Assembly: GCF_009914755.1 (NCBI RefSeq)
Contig: NC_060939.1
DNA: 64,000 bases
DNA from: the human T2T-CHM13v2.0 reference genome, Homo sapiens
Direction: 5' to 3' (one strand)
Positions within the stretch are counted from its first letter, which is position 1, and every line of letters starts with the position of its first letter. The position numbers and the translations under genes are program-made. The notes under the pieces are model-generated. The model was not told the DNA's origin. It made no database searches and was given only the letters and a program-made list of their open reading frames with translations. This document shows, one piece after another, positions 48,210-60,220 of this stretch.

Positions 48210-48261
48210 TCCCAAGGGTATTTTTTTAACTTTAGGAGTCAGTCTTTGTCACTGTCCTGCC

Positions 48262-48366
48262 ATGGAGAAAGGACCAGAAAACCTGTGCAGCCAGTGGAAC
48301 AGCTCCATTATCTTGGCCATTGTTGCTCTTGTTGCCACATGTTATTGCTCCAGTGTTGTTTTCTGA
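48262..48366 (+). CDS. Candidate 34-aa micropeptide MEKGPENLCSQWNSSIILAIVALVATCYCSSVVF in a putative exon 48236-48453
   Basis: Hand-translated; gccATGG Kozak; hydrophobic C-terminal 19 aa; acceptor ttttttaactttag|G and donor GAG|gtaagt. No expression or conservation evidence. Confidence 0.2.
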   Translation: MEKGPENLCSQWNSSIILAIVALVATCYCSSVVF

Positions 48367-48585
48367 CCACTACCAAAAGACTTGCAGTAATGCGGACACA
48401 CTTGTCATGGACGCTGGTGGTCCTGCAGCCTGGCATAGTTATGGTCCACTGAGGTAAGTGTTTTTTGGACTAATGCACCTGTCAGCTCAAGAATAATTTC
48501 TCCGGATGCTGTTGGAGGGGAAAGAGGAAGATGTTTTACCTATATCATCACATTCAGCTGGGTTGTACCATATGTGCAGGCTCCT

Positions 48586-48610
48586 ACACACACACACACA
48601 CACACACACA
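48586..48610. repeat. (CA)n microsatellite
   Basis: About 12 CA units. Confidence 0.95.
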
Positions 48611-48611
48611 G

Positions 48612-48989
48612 AGTTGCAGGTTGGGTTATTTAGAAGAAGATAGTAAGATGGAGTTCAAGGTGTAAGATGTTTATTGGGGATCAACACCTGGAAAGGAAGA
48701 GGAAAGAAGCAAGATTGGACAGAGGGAGAAGTTGAATGGCAATTCAGACCTGAAAAAGCCAACATCAACCTCTCAGAACTGTCCTATGTAGGGATGAAAT
48801 GGCTGAAGCTTTATGTGCCTGACTCTCTCAGTCACTGGATGTGAGCTGTCCCAGGGAAGGACATGATCTTGGGCAAGGTAGCTCTCTGAAGCTGAGGCAC
48901 ACCCTAAAGGAGTTCTCATTTCCTCCAGAGCTGGGCAGCAAGTCCCTCCTTGAAGGGAGATCTGGGTGATGCATCTCTGGTCCACCACA
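48612..48989 (-). mobile_element. ERVL 3' LTR (LTR40-like)
   Basis: Minus strand begins 'tgtggtggaccagagatgc...cagatctcccttcaaggagggacttgctgccc', has AATAAA (plus tttatt near 48670) and a PPT-like 'aaggaggctgtggat' just upstream. Confidence 0.75.
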
Positions 48990-50574
48990 ATCCACAGCCT
49001 CCTTAGCTCTACTTCATATATTTTGGGGGAGCAGCTCCTCCTGGATACCTGGATCTCTCTCTGATGGAAAACTTAGAAGAGGGAGTTTAGTAGGATGAAC
49101 TACAGTCTCTGTCGCTGCAGTTGTTCTTGGGGCTGGAATTGATATTCATTGTCTCCCTCCTCCACTGTTCATTCTAGATTCCTCTCAATCTCATGACCAG
49201 ATCTTCTAGGCTCAGTGGCTTGAACCAGATCCTGAGGGGTCTGAGACCTTGGTAGCCATGCCCTTCTCAGGAAGGATTGTTATGTCTGCTCATTTAACTC
49301 ATAATTGGGCAAGGGAAGACCAAAAGATGCCCAGATGAATTACTGGGTGTGATTCATTCATATTCTTCCTTGCTCCCGTTGTGTAGCAATAGTCTTACCT
49401 TAGTCTCATGAGCAGGGACAGTTACCCTACCAGGATGGTGACTCTTCTTTTTGCCTACTTGCCTTTGAATATAAGGAGCCCAGAGTGTCCAGGAAGTACC
49501 TTATAGTTCAATGGGGCTTTTGCTGCTCCCATGGTAAGTGTCCTCTGTCTGGAGACCAGATTTCTCTATCCCTGTAGAGCACATGCCCTACATACTCTAT
49601 AGGGATAGGGATCTGGTCTCTAGAGAGGGGACAGGAAACCCAAATTTCCTAAGTAGGTCATTGGGAGTAATGGTAAGGGGAGTCATTCCTATTTCAACAC
49701 CCTGGTTCCCAGACCCATGTATTCCTTCTACTCGGGAGACAGTGCCACGTAAAGTTCTTTGATTTAATGTCAATATGGCATCCTGGATGATGGATCTCAT
49801 TCTTTCAGAGATTTGCTTCTGAGATGACACTTCCCCTGTGCCTTCAGTAGGCTTATCAAATACTGTGTCAGGCCTGCAGCTCTGGGTAGTTGTAGAATAG
49901 GATATGACAAGTGGAATTTGTGACCATAGACCCACCTCTATACCTGGTGCAGAAAGAATGCCTCACCATGAAACACTAAGTGACCATGTGTCTGGATCTT
50001 TCCACCATTAGTTAGGTTCTATCAGAGCTGCCAAAACCTAAGACCGAGTAGGCCCAGCCATTTGTTGTAACATGGAAGTGGTATATCCTGGAATGAGCAT
50101 GAGCAAGACCAATAGGCATTCCAGCTCTTCCAGAGCCCTGTAGCATGCCAGGAGATGGTTTTCAAATGGTATCTAATTTTCTGGGGTAGATGACATGGCC
50201 TAGTTCTAGAACCCAAGCTTGTGGCATCTACCACAGCTGTAACAAGAGTCCGTCCTCAGTTTGTATCACAACTCTAATCTTACCCCTAACCTCAGGGGCA
50301 GATGGCATAACTTTGCTCTTCAATCCCAGGGGACTGTACTGTGATTCTTCCAGTGGAGCTTGCCACTAACTCCACAAGATGTCTTGCCCACCCTTGATAC
50401 CTCCATGACCACAAGGTCTGTGGGATCCTATGGCCTATGTGGCAGGACTGCTTTCACTGTAGCTTGCGTCTGCTGCAGAACTCCTTCCTGCCGTGGGCTC
50501 CACCCAAGCTGGCTGCTCTTTGGTCACCAGATATAGGGGTTGGAACAATATTCCTTATTCGTGGGTGTATGGAA

Positions 50575-50760
50575 TTTTCCAATTGAACTTTTTACAATGG
50601 CGGAAATATCCTATACCCACGTTGTTAATGTGGTAGCCATTAGCGACTTGTGGCTATTAAGCAATGTGGTTAGTACAAGTGAGGAACTAAAATTTAAATT
50701 TAAATTTAAACTTGCATAGCTGCATGTGGCCAATGGCTACTGAACTGGACATTGTAGATG
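50575..50760. mobile_element. MER3-like hAT-Charlie element
   Basis: 'tggtagccattagcgacttgtggctattaagca', 'catgtggccaatggctactgaactggaca'. Confidence 0.8.
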
Positions 50761-51306
50761 TAGAATATGCTGACTTCAGAACCCAAAAAAGCTCATCAGG
50801 TGTTGTGCTTCCTTCTTTGTGGTAGAAAGTACAAGAGGCAATAACTTATTTTTAACTTTAGGGAAGGGATGCCCCAACATGTCCTTGATCTCTATTCTCT
50901 TAAACTTTTACTAAAGTAGTGGCCTCTGGCTTTATCTCCCAACTTATGGAGTGCATATGTCTTACAAAGTCTAAGTGATAGCTACTTCTTGTGTATGTAA
51001 TACAATCAGCATATTATCCATGTGATGGATCAGTGTAATATGAGATGTCCAGATGGTTCGGATTTTTTGATTTGTAGTATGATAAAGTACAAAGAGTTAA
51101 TATAGTCCTGGGGGAATATAGTAAATAAATAATGTCCATCTTACACAAATGCAAATTGTTAATGATTCTTTCTATTAATTCAATCACCAAATCAATAGCC
51201 CCAGACCACGTATATGATGCTGTGTTAATTTGCTCTAGTAGATACCATATCTGACATAGTGGCTCCAGTTGGGCTACTATTGGGTCAAGCTTGTGATAGT
51301 TTACAT

Positions 51307-51512
51307 CACAGATTAGCAAATTATAGCTTTTGCTGCCTTTTTTTGTAAATAAAGTTTTATTGGAACACACAGCCATGTTAATTTGCTTGTATACTGTCTG
51401 TGGCTACTTTCACACTGCAGTGGGAGAGTTAAATTTTTGTGACAGAGCCTGTATAGGCCATAAAACCTGAAATATTTACTGTCTCTTTATAGAAAAAATT
51501 TGCCAACTCCTG
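51307..51512. mobile_element. MER58A hAT-Charlie element
   Basis: 'ttttgtaaataaagttttattggaacacacagcc', 'aaatttgccaactcctg'; perfect 8-bp TSD gtttacat at 51299-51306 and 51513-51520. Confidence 0.9.
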
Positions 51513-51577
51513 GTTTACATCAATTGTTCAGGATCCATGTAGTTTTTTTAGGGGCCAGAGTGGTGAATTAAGAAGAG

Positions 51578-51868
51578 TCATTCTCAGTAAACTATTGCAA
51601 GGACAAAAAACCAAACACCACATGTTCTCACTCGTAGATGGGAATTGAACAATGGAACACATGGACACAGGAAGGGGAACATCACACTCTGGGGACTGTT
51701 GTGGGGTGGGGGGAGGGGGGAGGGATAGCATTAGGAGATATACCTAATGCTAAATGACGAGTTAATGGATGCAGCACACCAGCATGGCACATGTATACAT
51801 ATGTAACTAACCTGCACATTATGCACATGTACCCTAAAACTTAAAGTATAATAATAATTTAAAAAAAA
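51578..51868 (+). mobile_element. Young 5'-truncated L1 (L1PA2/3-like), about 290 bp
   Basis: 'gcattaggagatatacctaatgctaaatgacgagttaatgg', 'accagcatggcac', 'ccctaaaacttaaagtataata'; TSD aagaagag. Confidence 0.92.
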
Positions 51869-51929
51869 AAGAAGAGATATTATGAGGGCAACTACTCTTT
51901 GATACTTTAGATCTTTAAGAGTAGTCTAG

Positions 51930-52240
51930 ACTGGGTGCAGTGGCTCACACTTATAATCCCAGCACTTTGGGAGGCTGATCACTTGAGGTGGAGGATCACT
52001 TGAGCCCAGGAGTTTGAGACCAACCTGGGCAACATAGGGAGACCTTGTTTCTACAAAACACAAAACAAAAAAATTAGCCAGGTGTGGTGGCACACGCCTG
52101 TAGTTTTAGCTACTTGGGAGGCAGAGGTGGGAGGATCGTTTGAGCCCAGGGGTTCGAGGTTGCAGTGAACTATGACCATGCTATTGCACTTCAGCCTGGG
52201 TGACAGAGTGAGTGAGATTCTATGTTTAAAAAAAAAAAAA
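51930..52240 (+). mobile_element. AluJ-like SINE
   Basis: 'ggatcacttgagcccaggagtttgagaccaacctgggcaacatagggagacc'; small internal repeat of gatcacttgag. Confidence 0.93.
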
Positions 52241-53953
52241 GTAGCTTTAATTTTCACCTTCCCTGCACAACACCTCTCCTCTTCTGTATTCTGATGTATG
52301 CAACTGCTAACTATACATCTGTACATTTGGCACTGGGGAAATGACCATCAGGTTAATCTGTGGGCCTAGTGGATCCACTATAGGCCAGACTTTGGCTTTG
52401 TTTCCATATATACCTGTCATCCATATGTCCCCACTCTAACAGGGGTTCGTGGTAACACTCCAGATCTCCAGGTATCAGCTCAGGTCTTCAAACCTTATGT
52501 CTCATAGTCCTGCCTATTCTCCTTCCCCCAGTGTGGTTTAACCCCAATAAGTGGCAACAGGTCCCTTTGGAGGAAGGATCAGAGCAATCATTATAGTTAG
52601 TGTATACGTGCTGTGCTATCTGGGCAGCCTCTTTAGTCAATGGGTTCTAGATCTGAAGACTTGTTCAGGTATGGGAACTGCATAAGATACCATGCCTTTT
52701 TTGGGGTGACGAGGTGACCCTAGTCTTCTAGTTATTCATCTTTTATTTTTTTCTGCTGCTACAAACTCAGTGGTACTCATCTATTTTGCCTCTAAGGATT
52801 CAGTGTTCTACTAACCATCCATATAACTCTCTACAGTTCAGGCTTCTTGGCTGCCATGCCAACTTTGCCATTAACTGGTTACCATTACTATAATCCTCTA
52901 TTTTTAAGCTGTTAACCACTACCATTTGTCCTCTATTATTTTGGGGTCCCATCATCTCCATTGGTAGTAGGGAGCCAAGTTCCATAATAGCCTCTCCTAC
53001 CATCACCTCTGGCCTACAGAGGAGCATCACAACGGCATGTTAGTACTGGTACCCCTCTCACCAGCACATTTACCGGCACATAGTCTTGGTAAATGGTGTG
53101 TCCTGTGGGTCTTTCAATGCAATGTAATCACTAAGCATGGCTTCTGGCCATACATAGTATCTCCATTTCAGCTAACCACTTCCATGAGTCTTTAAATCTC
53201 TTCCTCTACCATTTGCCATGGCATTCCCAGCATTACAACTTTGATCAGGGAGCACAATCATTTTCCTCATGTTCCCAGGAGCCATTTTCATAGCAAGCTT
53301 GTACCATCTCTTGGGGTCCTTGCCAAGGTGTTAAATTCTGTTTCTTGGGAGACCCAACTTCAAGTGAATGAACACTTCCCTATTTTAAGTTTATGTTTCA
53401 GTCATCTTGATTAAGCACCATCAGAATCCAGTCCCAAATGTACTACCCTGGTACATGCTGGTATGTGATAGAACATGCTGGCTAAATTTGCAGCTCTTTG
53501 GGGGTATAACCCCTTTCCTTCATTATTAGGCCCAGCATATTCTCAGCTGGGTAATGCTGTGATTTAACTATAGTTATAGGCCTAAAGGCCAGGAGGGGTG
53601 GTGGGGCAAATCTTATAGCATTGCTGGGAAGAAGTCTTTGGGTTGTCTTCCAGAATGAGGTGGAAAGGGAAGTGCTAGCATTTAGTAGGGAAGGTGGGTT
53701 ATTTTTGCAGGCTCAGAAAATTTAGAGGAGTCTATGGAGTCAATATGTTCTGGACATCCTTCCAGATGTCTCTATGGCATGTCAGGTCCTAGGTTTTCTC
53801 AAGTAGGACCCTGAGCTTGACATAACAAATCTGCATTTCTTGGGCAAGTTTAGTTACTTGGACCATTAAACCCTGGCCTTAATCCTTGTTCTCTGTCCTT
53901 GCACTGCAGGAGATAAGGACTTTTTATGTTACCAAAGAGGTCCTCTGGCTTTT

Positions 53954-54254
53954 GCTTTTCCTTCTTTTTTTTTTTTTGAGACGGAGTTTTGCTGTGTCAC
54001 CCAGGCTGGAGTGCAGTGCGATCTCGGCTCACTGCAAGTCCGCCTCCCGGGTTCACACCATTCTCCTGCCTCAGCCTCCCAAGTAGCTAGGACTACAGGT
54101 ACCCGCCACCACGCCTGGCTAATGTTTTGTATTTTTAGTAGAGACAGGGTTTTGCCGTGTTAGCCAGGATGGTCTCGATCTCTCGACCTCATGATCCGCC
54201 CGCCTCGGCCTCCCAAAGTGCTGGGATTACAGGTGTGAGCCACGATGCCCAGCC
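53954..54254 (-). mobile_element. AluY-like SINE
   Basis: 'ccgtgttagccaggatggtctcgatc'; perfect TSD tcctctggctttt at 53941-53953 and 54255-54267. Confidence 0.95.
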
Positions 54255-54914
54255 TCCTCTGGCTTTTATACTTGGTTTCCAATTGCTTGTTAATTTCCTT
54301 TAGCATCTAGTTTATTTCTGAGGAGCATCAATGCACCTTGGTAATAACCACCTAATCTCATTTTTCTTGTAGTTATTTCTGTCTTTCATGATATATTGCA
54401 CCAATGGATGGTAGGAGGCAATTTGTACATTGTCTTTCTTTTTATTAAACATCAAGTTAATTTTATAATTACTTTTGTGGATTGGTCTTCCCTGCTTTGT
54501 GAGTTCTCAAGGGCAAGGTCAGATCACATTCAGTTTTGTATAAATGTCTTTTAAATAAGTGCATGAGATATTTTGTGGGCAGGTGGTTTTTGGAGGTCTC
54601 TTAAATTTTATCATGGATTACTATCTCTACTACCTATAAGTAGGAGTAGCTTAACATCTATTATAAAAGTTCTATAAAAGCATTAATAAAAAGAATTCTG
54701 CCTTTTTTGTTCTCAAATCAAATTAGATTTGGACCCACAATATTATCATTTACTGGACTCTTCAAGATAATAAAAGTCAGTCTCAACCTGGATGAAAGTT
54801 GAAGTCTTCTAGAATGTTCTAAGTCACTCAAAAGATAATGCTTTTTAATATAAAGACTAAAATAGATTTTGAGATGTTAATGCCATGTGGTTTCTCTGTA
54901 GTATGACTTTTAAA

Positions 54915-55150
54915 TAATAGCGATTGCTAATATGAAAAAAGTATCTAGTATGTGCCAGGCACTTTGGAAGTGTATTAACTCATTTAATCCTCATAACAAT
55001 CCCATGAAGAGATTACTGTCACTATTTCCATTTTTTAATGAGGAAATTGAGGCACAGAAAATTCATAGTTTCCCCAAGTTCACAGTGTAACTCAATAGAT
55101 TTTGAACTCAGGTGGTTTGTTCCAGAGCTGTACTATGTCTATGCTATATT
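54915..55150 (-). mobile_element. MIR SINE
   Basis: 'ctcatttaatcctcataacaatcccatgaag', 'atgaggaaattgaggcacaga'. Confidence 0.85.
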
Positions 55151-55250
55151 TTAAACAAAATTATCCAACACATGCAAAATAGTTCTCATTAAAAAAATCT
55201 AGAGCCTATTAAGAAAAATTTATCAACTCATATAATTTTCAGAAAGTCTA

Positions 55251-55631
<381 letters not shown>

Positions 55632-57109
55632 TCATACAACACAGAAAAATTCTTGTCTCACTGTGGTGATAGACCTATTGAAGTATCCTTTCAGCCAAAG
55701 GCACATCCTTTGTCTCATTGATGTCTTGACTTAAAGACTGAAAGTGATGTGCAGCACCCGGGAGGGATGATGAACCATATCCCTTCCTTTTATTAATGTC
55801 CAAACCTGCCCTCAGTGCCTCTGGCCTCTGCACCGGCTCTTTCATGTAATCACACATATCACTTGGTCACCAAGCTGATCTGTGTCCCACTAACAGGCAT
55901 TTTGGGATGATAATTAGGACTTAGTGCATGGCCCTTATTCTAACGGGACTGACCCAGCTGTAACATACCATAAATACAGCCCGACAGAAGCCTGAAAATT
56001 GGTTCTGGTTGATTGTCTTTACATGGTCCTATGACTCATTGCTTAATTTCTTCCCGATGCTTTTACCATAAAGTTTCTGTAGCCTATAATTTTTGTAAAA
56101 AATGTATCTAATTCTTGGTGTTATAAAAGGTTTGGGGTAAGTAATCACATTTATTGGACATCTCAATCCTAGGACTGCATTTATAGTTATTACCCATTTT
56201 TAAAAACAGATGTGACAGGCTTAGTTTCTTTGTTTGGTGTTTTTATCAATATAAAATATATGGAATACCTATGATGTAAGAAAAACATAAATGTAATTCT
56301 GTCTGCCTTCCCCTTGTATCAAGTACTCGTTCTGTAAGAGTCTCTTTTAGAAGATTGGTCTCCCTGTTTATCATACTGTGGTCAGATGTAGCACTTTTGA
56401 TGTAGATCCCAGAGCAGCAATAATGCTGAAAACATTTCCAATCCTTGTGTTTTTTCAACATGAGGCAGAATCTTAGCACATGCTCTAGCCAGCTGCTTTC
56501 AGCTCTTACCCACCTCTGTGTGTGTCTCCATGAGGCTTATGGACATGATAAACACTGATAATTTGCATTGAATGCCATTGTGGACAGCTACACTCCAGCC
56601 ACTGTTCTTCCCCATCTAGTTCCACTCTCCAATCCAAAGTTTCATACCATCTTTGAGAAGGTTAGCTCCCCAAAGACAAAGTTATTCTATCACTGTGTGC
56701 CCAGGAACCAGAACAGTGCCTGGTATGTGGCAAAGGGTCAGTGATTGTTGAACCAAACGTGGCACATCCACAGAAACATGCTATTTACTTCTTTTTTCAT
56801 TTTCATAGGGGTCTTGGTTATTATCATTGTCATAGGTTTATTACTTGGAATATCTTTTTAGTTAACTATATATTTTCTTCTAAAAATAACATGCATTACT
56901 TATAGACATTTTGGAAAACAAAACATTTAATAAGAGTGAATACACATAACCTCACACATTAACACTATTTTTGATTTGGTATCATAATTTCTAGATGGTT
57001 CGAATACTGTTTTTCACTTGGTATCATGTTGGGAACATTCCCTTTTACCATTAAATAGTCTTCTAGCATAATTTTTAATCGTTGCCTGCAGATTTAATCA
57101 TGTAGAATG

Positions 57110-57558
57110 TAATTGCTTCCCTTCGTCCTTCCAGATCCGCTGTCCATGTAACTCCAGCCTCTGTACCTGGCTCTTTGCCTCTGGAGGCTGAACTCATGGA
57201 CAACATCAAGGAGTTCCTGTGCCTTTCGGCTTCATCTTGGATTTGGGAAATGGGAAGCCCTGACAGGAGATGGGAGGAGAGGGAGGGAGAAAGGAGATAA
57301 AGGGCAGGTATTTTATTTCTTTGACTCTCTCCCTGGCAGGTCACCTCAAGTTGGCTAGGTCTTTCCACCAGGCACTCTACTGGGTTCTCTCCTTCTGAGG
57401 TCCAGTAACTATTCCTCCCCTCATCCTTTTAGGCTAAGGAGTTTCAGCCAGGATTACTACACTGTCTGTTGTGGTTTTTCCACACGCATCTTTGTAAACA
57501 CTCTCTTGAATACCCTGTAATGTTATCTCTTCCTGTTGAGAACTTGACTCATCTATAC
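57110..57558 (+). mobile_element. LTR33-like ERVL LTR inside an L1ME fragment
   Basis: 'aatgggaagccctgacaggagatgggaggagaggga', 'tctttgtaaacact', 'tctcttcctgttgagaacttgact'. Confidence 0.65.
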
Positions 57559-57939
57559 CAGAGTTTAATTTTCTGGGATTGCATCATTATAAATATTATT
57601 TCAGTTGAACCTACTTGTACCTAGATCCTGGTGCTTATTTCTGATTTTTTTCAAAGGATAACTTCTACAAATAGAATTACTTGGTCAAAAATTAAAAGAA
57701 AATTACGGATCCAAATTGCCTGTCAATGTGAAATACTTACTGTAGGTAGTTACTTGCTATTTGTTTTGGAAAGTCCAGCATCTAAATCTCATTCTTGTTG
57801 TGGGTGTCCCTTAAAGTTTTAATATTGTTGATAAGCCAGGCCCTGTCTCATGTTAGAAATGAAGGACGCAGATATTTCCTCCTTCTGCTCCTTGGCAACA
57901 AAATCTAGGGTACATCAAGCAGGTTTTGCCATTGGATGC

Positions 57940-58338
57940 TCTATTGGGCCACTTTTTTGCATTGCTATAAAGAAATACCTGAGACTGGGTAATTTATAAG
58001 AAAAGAGGTTTAGTTGGCTCACAGTTCTGCAGGCTGTACAGGAAGCATAGTGGCATCTGCTTCTGGGGAGGCCTCAGGAAGCTTCTGATCTTGGTGGAAG
58101 GCAAAGGAGGAGCCAAAGCAGGAGCAAGAGAAAGAGTGGGGAGGTGCTACACATTTTTAAACAACCAGATCTCACGAGAACTCACTATCGTGAGGACAGT
58201 ATCAAGAGGATGGTACTAAACCATTCATGAGAAATCCATCCCCATGATCCAATCACTTCTCACCATGCCTCACCTCCAACATTGGGGATGACAATTCACC
58301 ATAAGATTTGGACAGGGACACACATCCAAACTATATCA
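57940..58338 (-). mobile_element. MSTA/B MaLR solo LTR
   Basis: 'tgcattgctataaagaaatacctgagactgggtaatttataagaaaagaggttt', 'catccaaactatatca'; TSD gatgc/gatgt. Confidence 0.92.
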
Positions 58339-58786
58339 GATGTTCTTGCTCTGGACTTGAATCTGAGAGGGATATAGCTCTGAAGACATGGGGGATACTT
58401 AGAGATTACACACAGAGAGGTGGGATGTTGCAAGTGCAGTGGCAACGGCTACCATGGGAGCAGAAACCACCGCATTGTTGAGCGTTCCATGCAGGCGGCC
58501 CGGCTGTTGTCCTGGCTGAATATGCCCTTGCTTTGCGACCAAAGCTCTCATGGTTCCTATCTATGCTCTAAGACTGGTTCTTCAGTTCCTCATCACTTCT
58601 TTATGAACTGACCCTTTGGTCATTATGAAATGCCCCTCTTTATTTTTCAAAATACTCTTTGTTCTGAAGTTGACTTTGTCGGATATTAATATAGCCTCTC
58701 TAGCCTTCTATGCTTAATGTTTTCATGGCATGTTTTTCCATCTTCTTTTAAATGATCTGTATTTTTATATTTAAAGTAGATTTCTT

Positions 58787-59065
58787 AAGATCTACTCTGT
58801 TGGCAAATTTCAAGTATACAAACAATGTTGTGAACTATAGTCATATTGCTGTATATTATTCATCTTGCATAGCTGAAACTTTGTGGATCTTAAATGTTTT
58901 CACTACCTGCACACACACACAAACACAAGAATGGTTTTATGTGATATATATGTTAATTAGCCTGATTGTGATGATTTTACGATGTATACATATATCAAAA
59001 CATTAAGTTGTGCACCTTAAATATATAGAATTTTTATTTCCAATTATATCTCAATAATGCTGGAA
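58787..59065 (+). mobile_element. Short L1MA-class insertion with inverted 5' segment (58787-58884 minus; 58885-59065 plus)
   Basis: Segments overlap at gatcttaa; TSD aagtagatttctt / aatggatttctt. Confidence 0.75.
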
Positions 59066-59579
59066 AAATGGATTTCTTGTTATTCTCCCATGGCTGGAAG
59101 CAGGAGGTTGTCTTCCTGTCACTTTTATGAACTGCTTTGCTCCTCCTTGTAAGTTTCTTATCTGTTTCATCAGCTAGAATTCATTTCTATGGTTTGCAGT
59201 CAAGAAACTTGACTGGTACAATATTGGTACTGGGAGAAGATGGTAAGTAACAGATCATCAGGGAAAATTGGGGAATCTAGGCTTGGTAACTGGGGAAAAA
59301 GATGGTAAATCCCTTTGTATTAGGGAATGGTCTTCTGGTAGCACAGGGCACGCAGTGGTGAAACAATCTCTTGTGATCACCTGGAATTAAGAGCTCATTA
59401 AATGCAAAGTTTTGAGAAGTCGAATGGCTTTGGGATGGAGGAGTATGAAAAGGGTGAACATTTAAAATATTGTGGAATGGTCTGACATAGCCAGACCTCA
59501 CGGGAAGGGAGACAGTAGGATAAATATCACAGCCTTCTGCTCCAGCTCCTCTGGGACTGTCATGTTAGGGCTCCCACTT

Positions 59580-60220
59580 TTCCTGATTTGTTATATTTTG
59601 AGTACTTTCTGATTGTGTAATGTACACAATAAATTTCATGTTGTAGATACTGGATTTTGTTAATTTCTTTTGATGAGTCATGTTTCTTTCCTTTTAGCAC
59701 ACAATTAACCTGGTTAAATATGAGCTCCAAACTATTTTTGGTTTTTAACCAGTTCCAAACTCTCTTTAGGTTCTTTACCTCTAGCTGAGGTGCTTTGAGT
59801 CTGCTCCATGCATGTGTGATTCAGGAGCCAGCCAGAGATGTGGGCAGGCAGAATTTGGGTATCCCCCTCCTGGCTGTTTTTCCTCCCAAATTTCCCTTTT
59901 CTTCAGTGACTGCGGTTGCCCTGGACTCAGTACTCAGATTTCTAAGGCCAGAAAAAATGTGTTTATTTTTCACTGTACCTGCTGTTCCATGCAAGCTAAC
60001 TGAACCTACCCCCAGGCTAGAAGCAGCAGCATGGAGTACCTACTCCATGTAATGTCTTCCCTGGTGCATGGACTCCTCCCTAGACTCTACCTGCCTTCCA
60101 TCACCCTCTTGTGCCTCCATGTAGCTGCTTCTTATAATGTGTCCATATTTTACAGTAGCTGTCTGTAAGGGTGTTTATTCTGGTAGAATCTTTATTTGGC
60201 CATTACTGGAAGCTCAGTCC
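59580..60220 (-). mobile_element. Old L1M/L1ME 5'-end region
   Basis: 'aatttcatgttgtagatactggattttg', 'gtctgctccatgcatgtgtgattcagg', terminal 'gccattactggaagc'. Confidence 0.6.

Larger units (their letters stand above)
48990..54350 (-). pseudogene. Degenerate ERVL internal region: gag, pro, RT, RNaseH, integrase C-terminus, dUTPase
   Basis: Track peptides LLCRPEVMVGEAIMELG (gag), NSPLWPLKKLHGS and YHKL...LLEQINTASYTWSGAIDL (RT), QDAILTLNQR...GSGNQGVEIGMTPLTITPND (IN/dUTPase junction), in HERVL order. Confidence 0.85.
57830..59400 (+). mobile_element. LTR16-like ERVL LTR plus start of internal region, interrupted by MST and L1 pieces
   Basis: 'ggacttgaatctgaga'; end 'agctagaattcatttctatggtttgcagtcaagaaacttgactggtaca' followed by PBS-like 'atattggtactgggag'. 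Confidence 0.55.

Noticed and set aside
48262-48366. Homology of the micropeptide to DWORF/STRIT1
   Set aside because: Only the length, an EK near the start and a VVF near the end resemble it; the core does not align, so no gene symbol assigned
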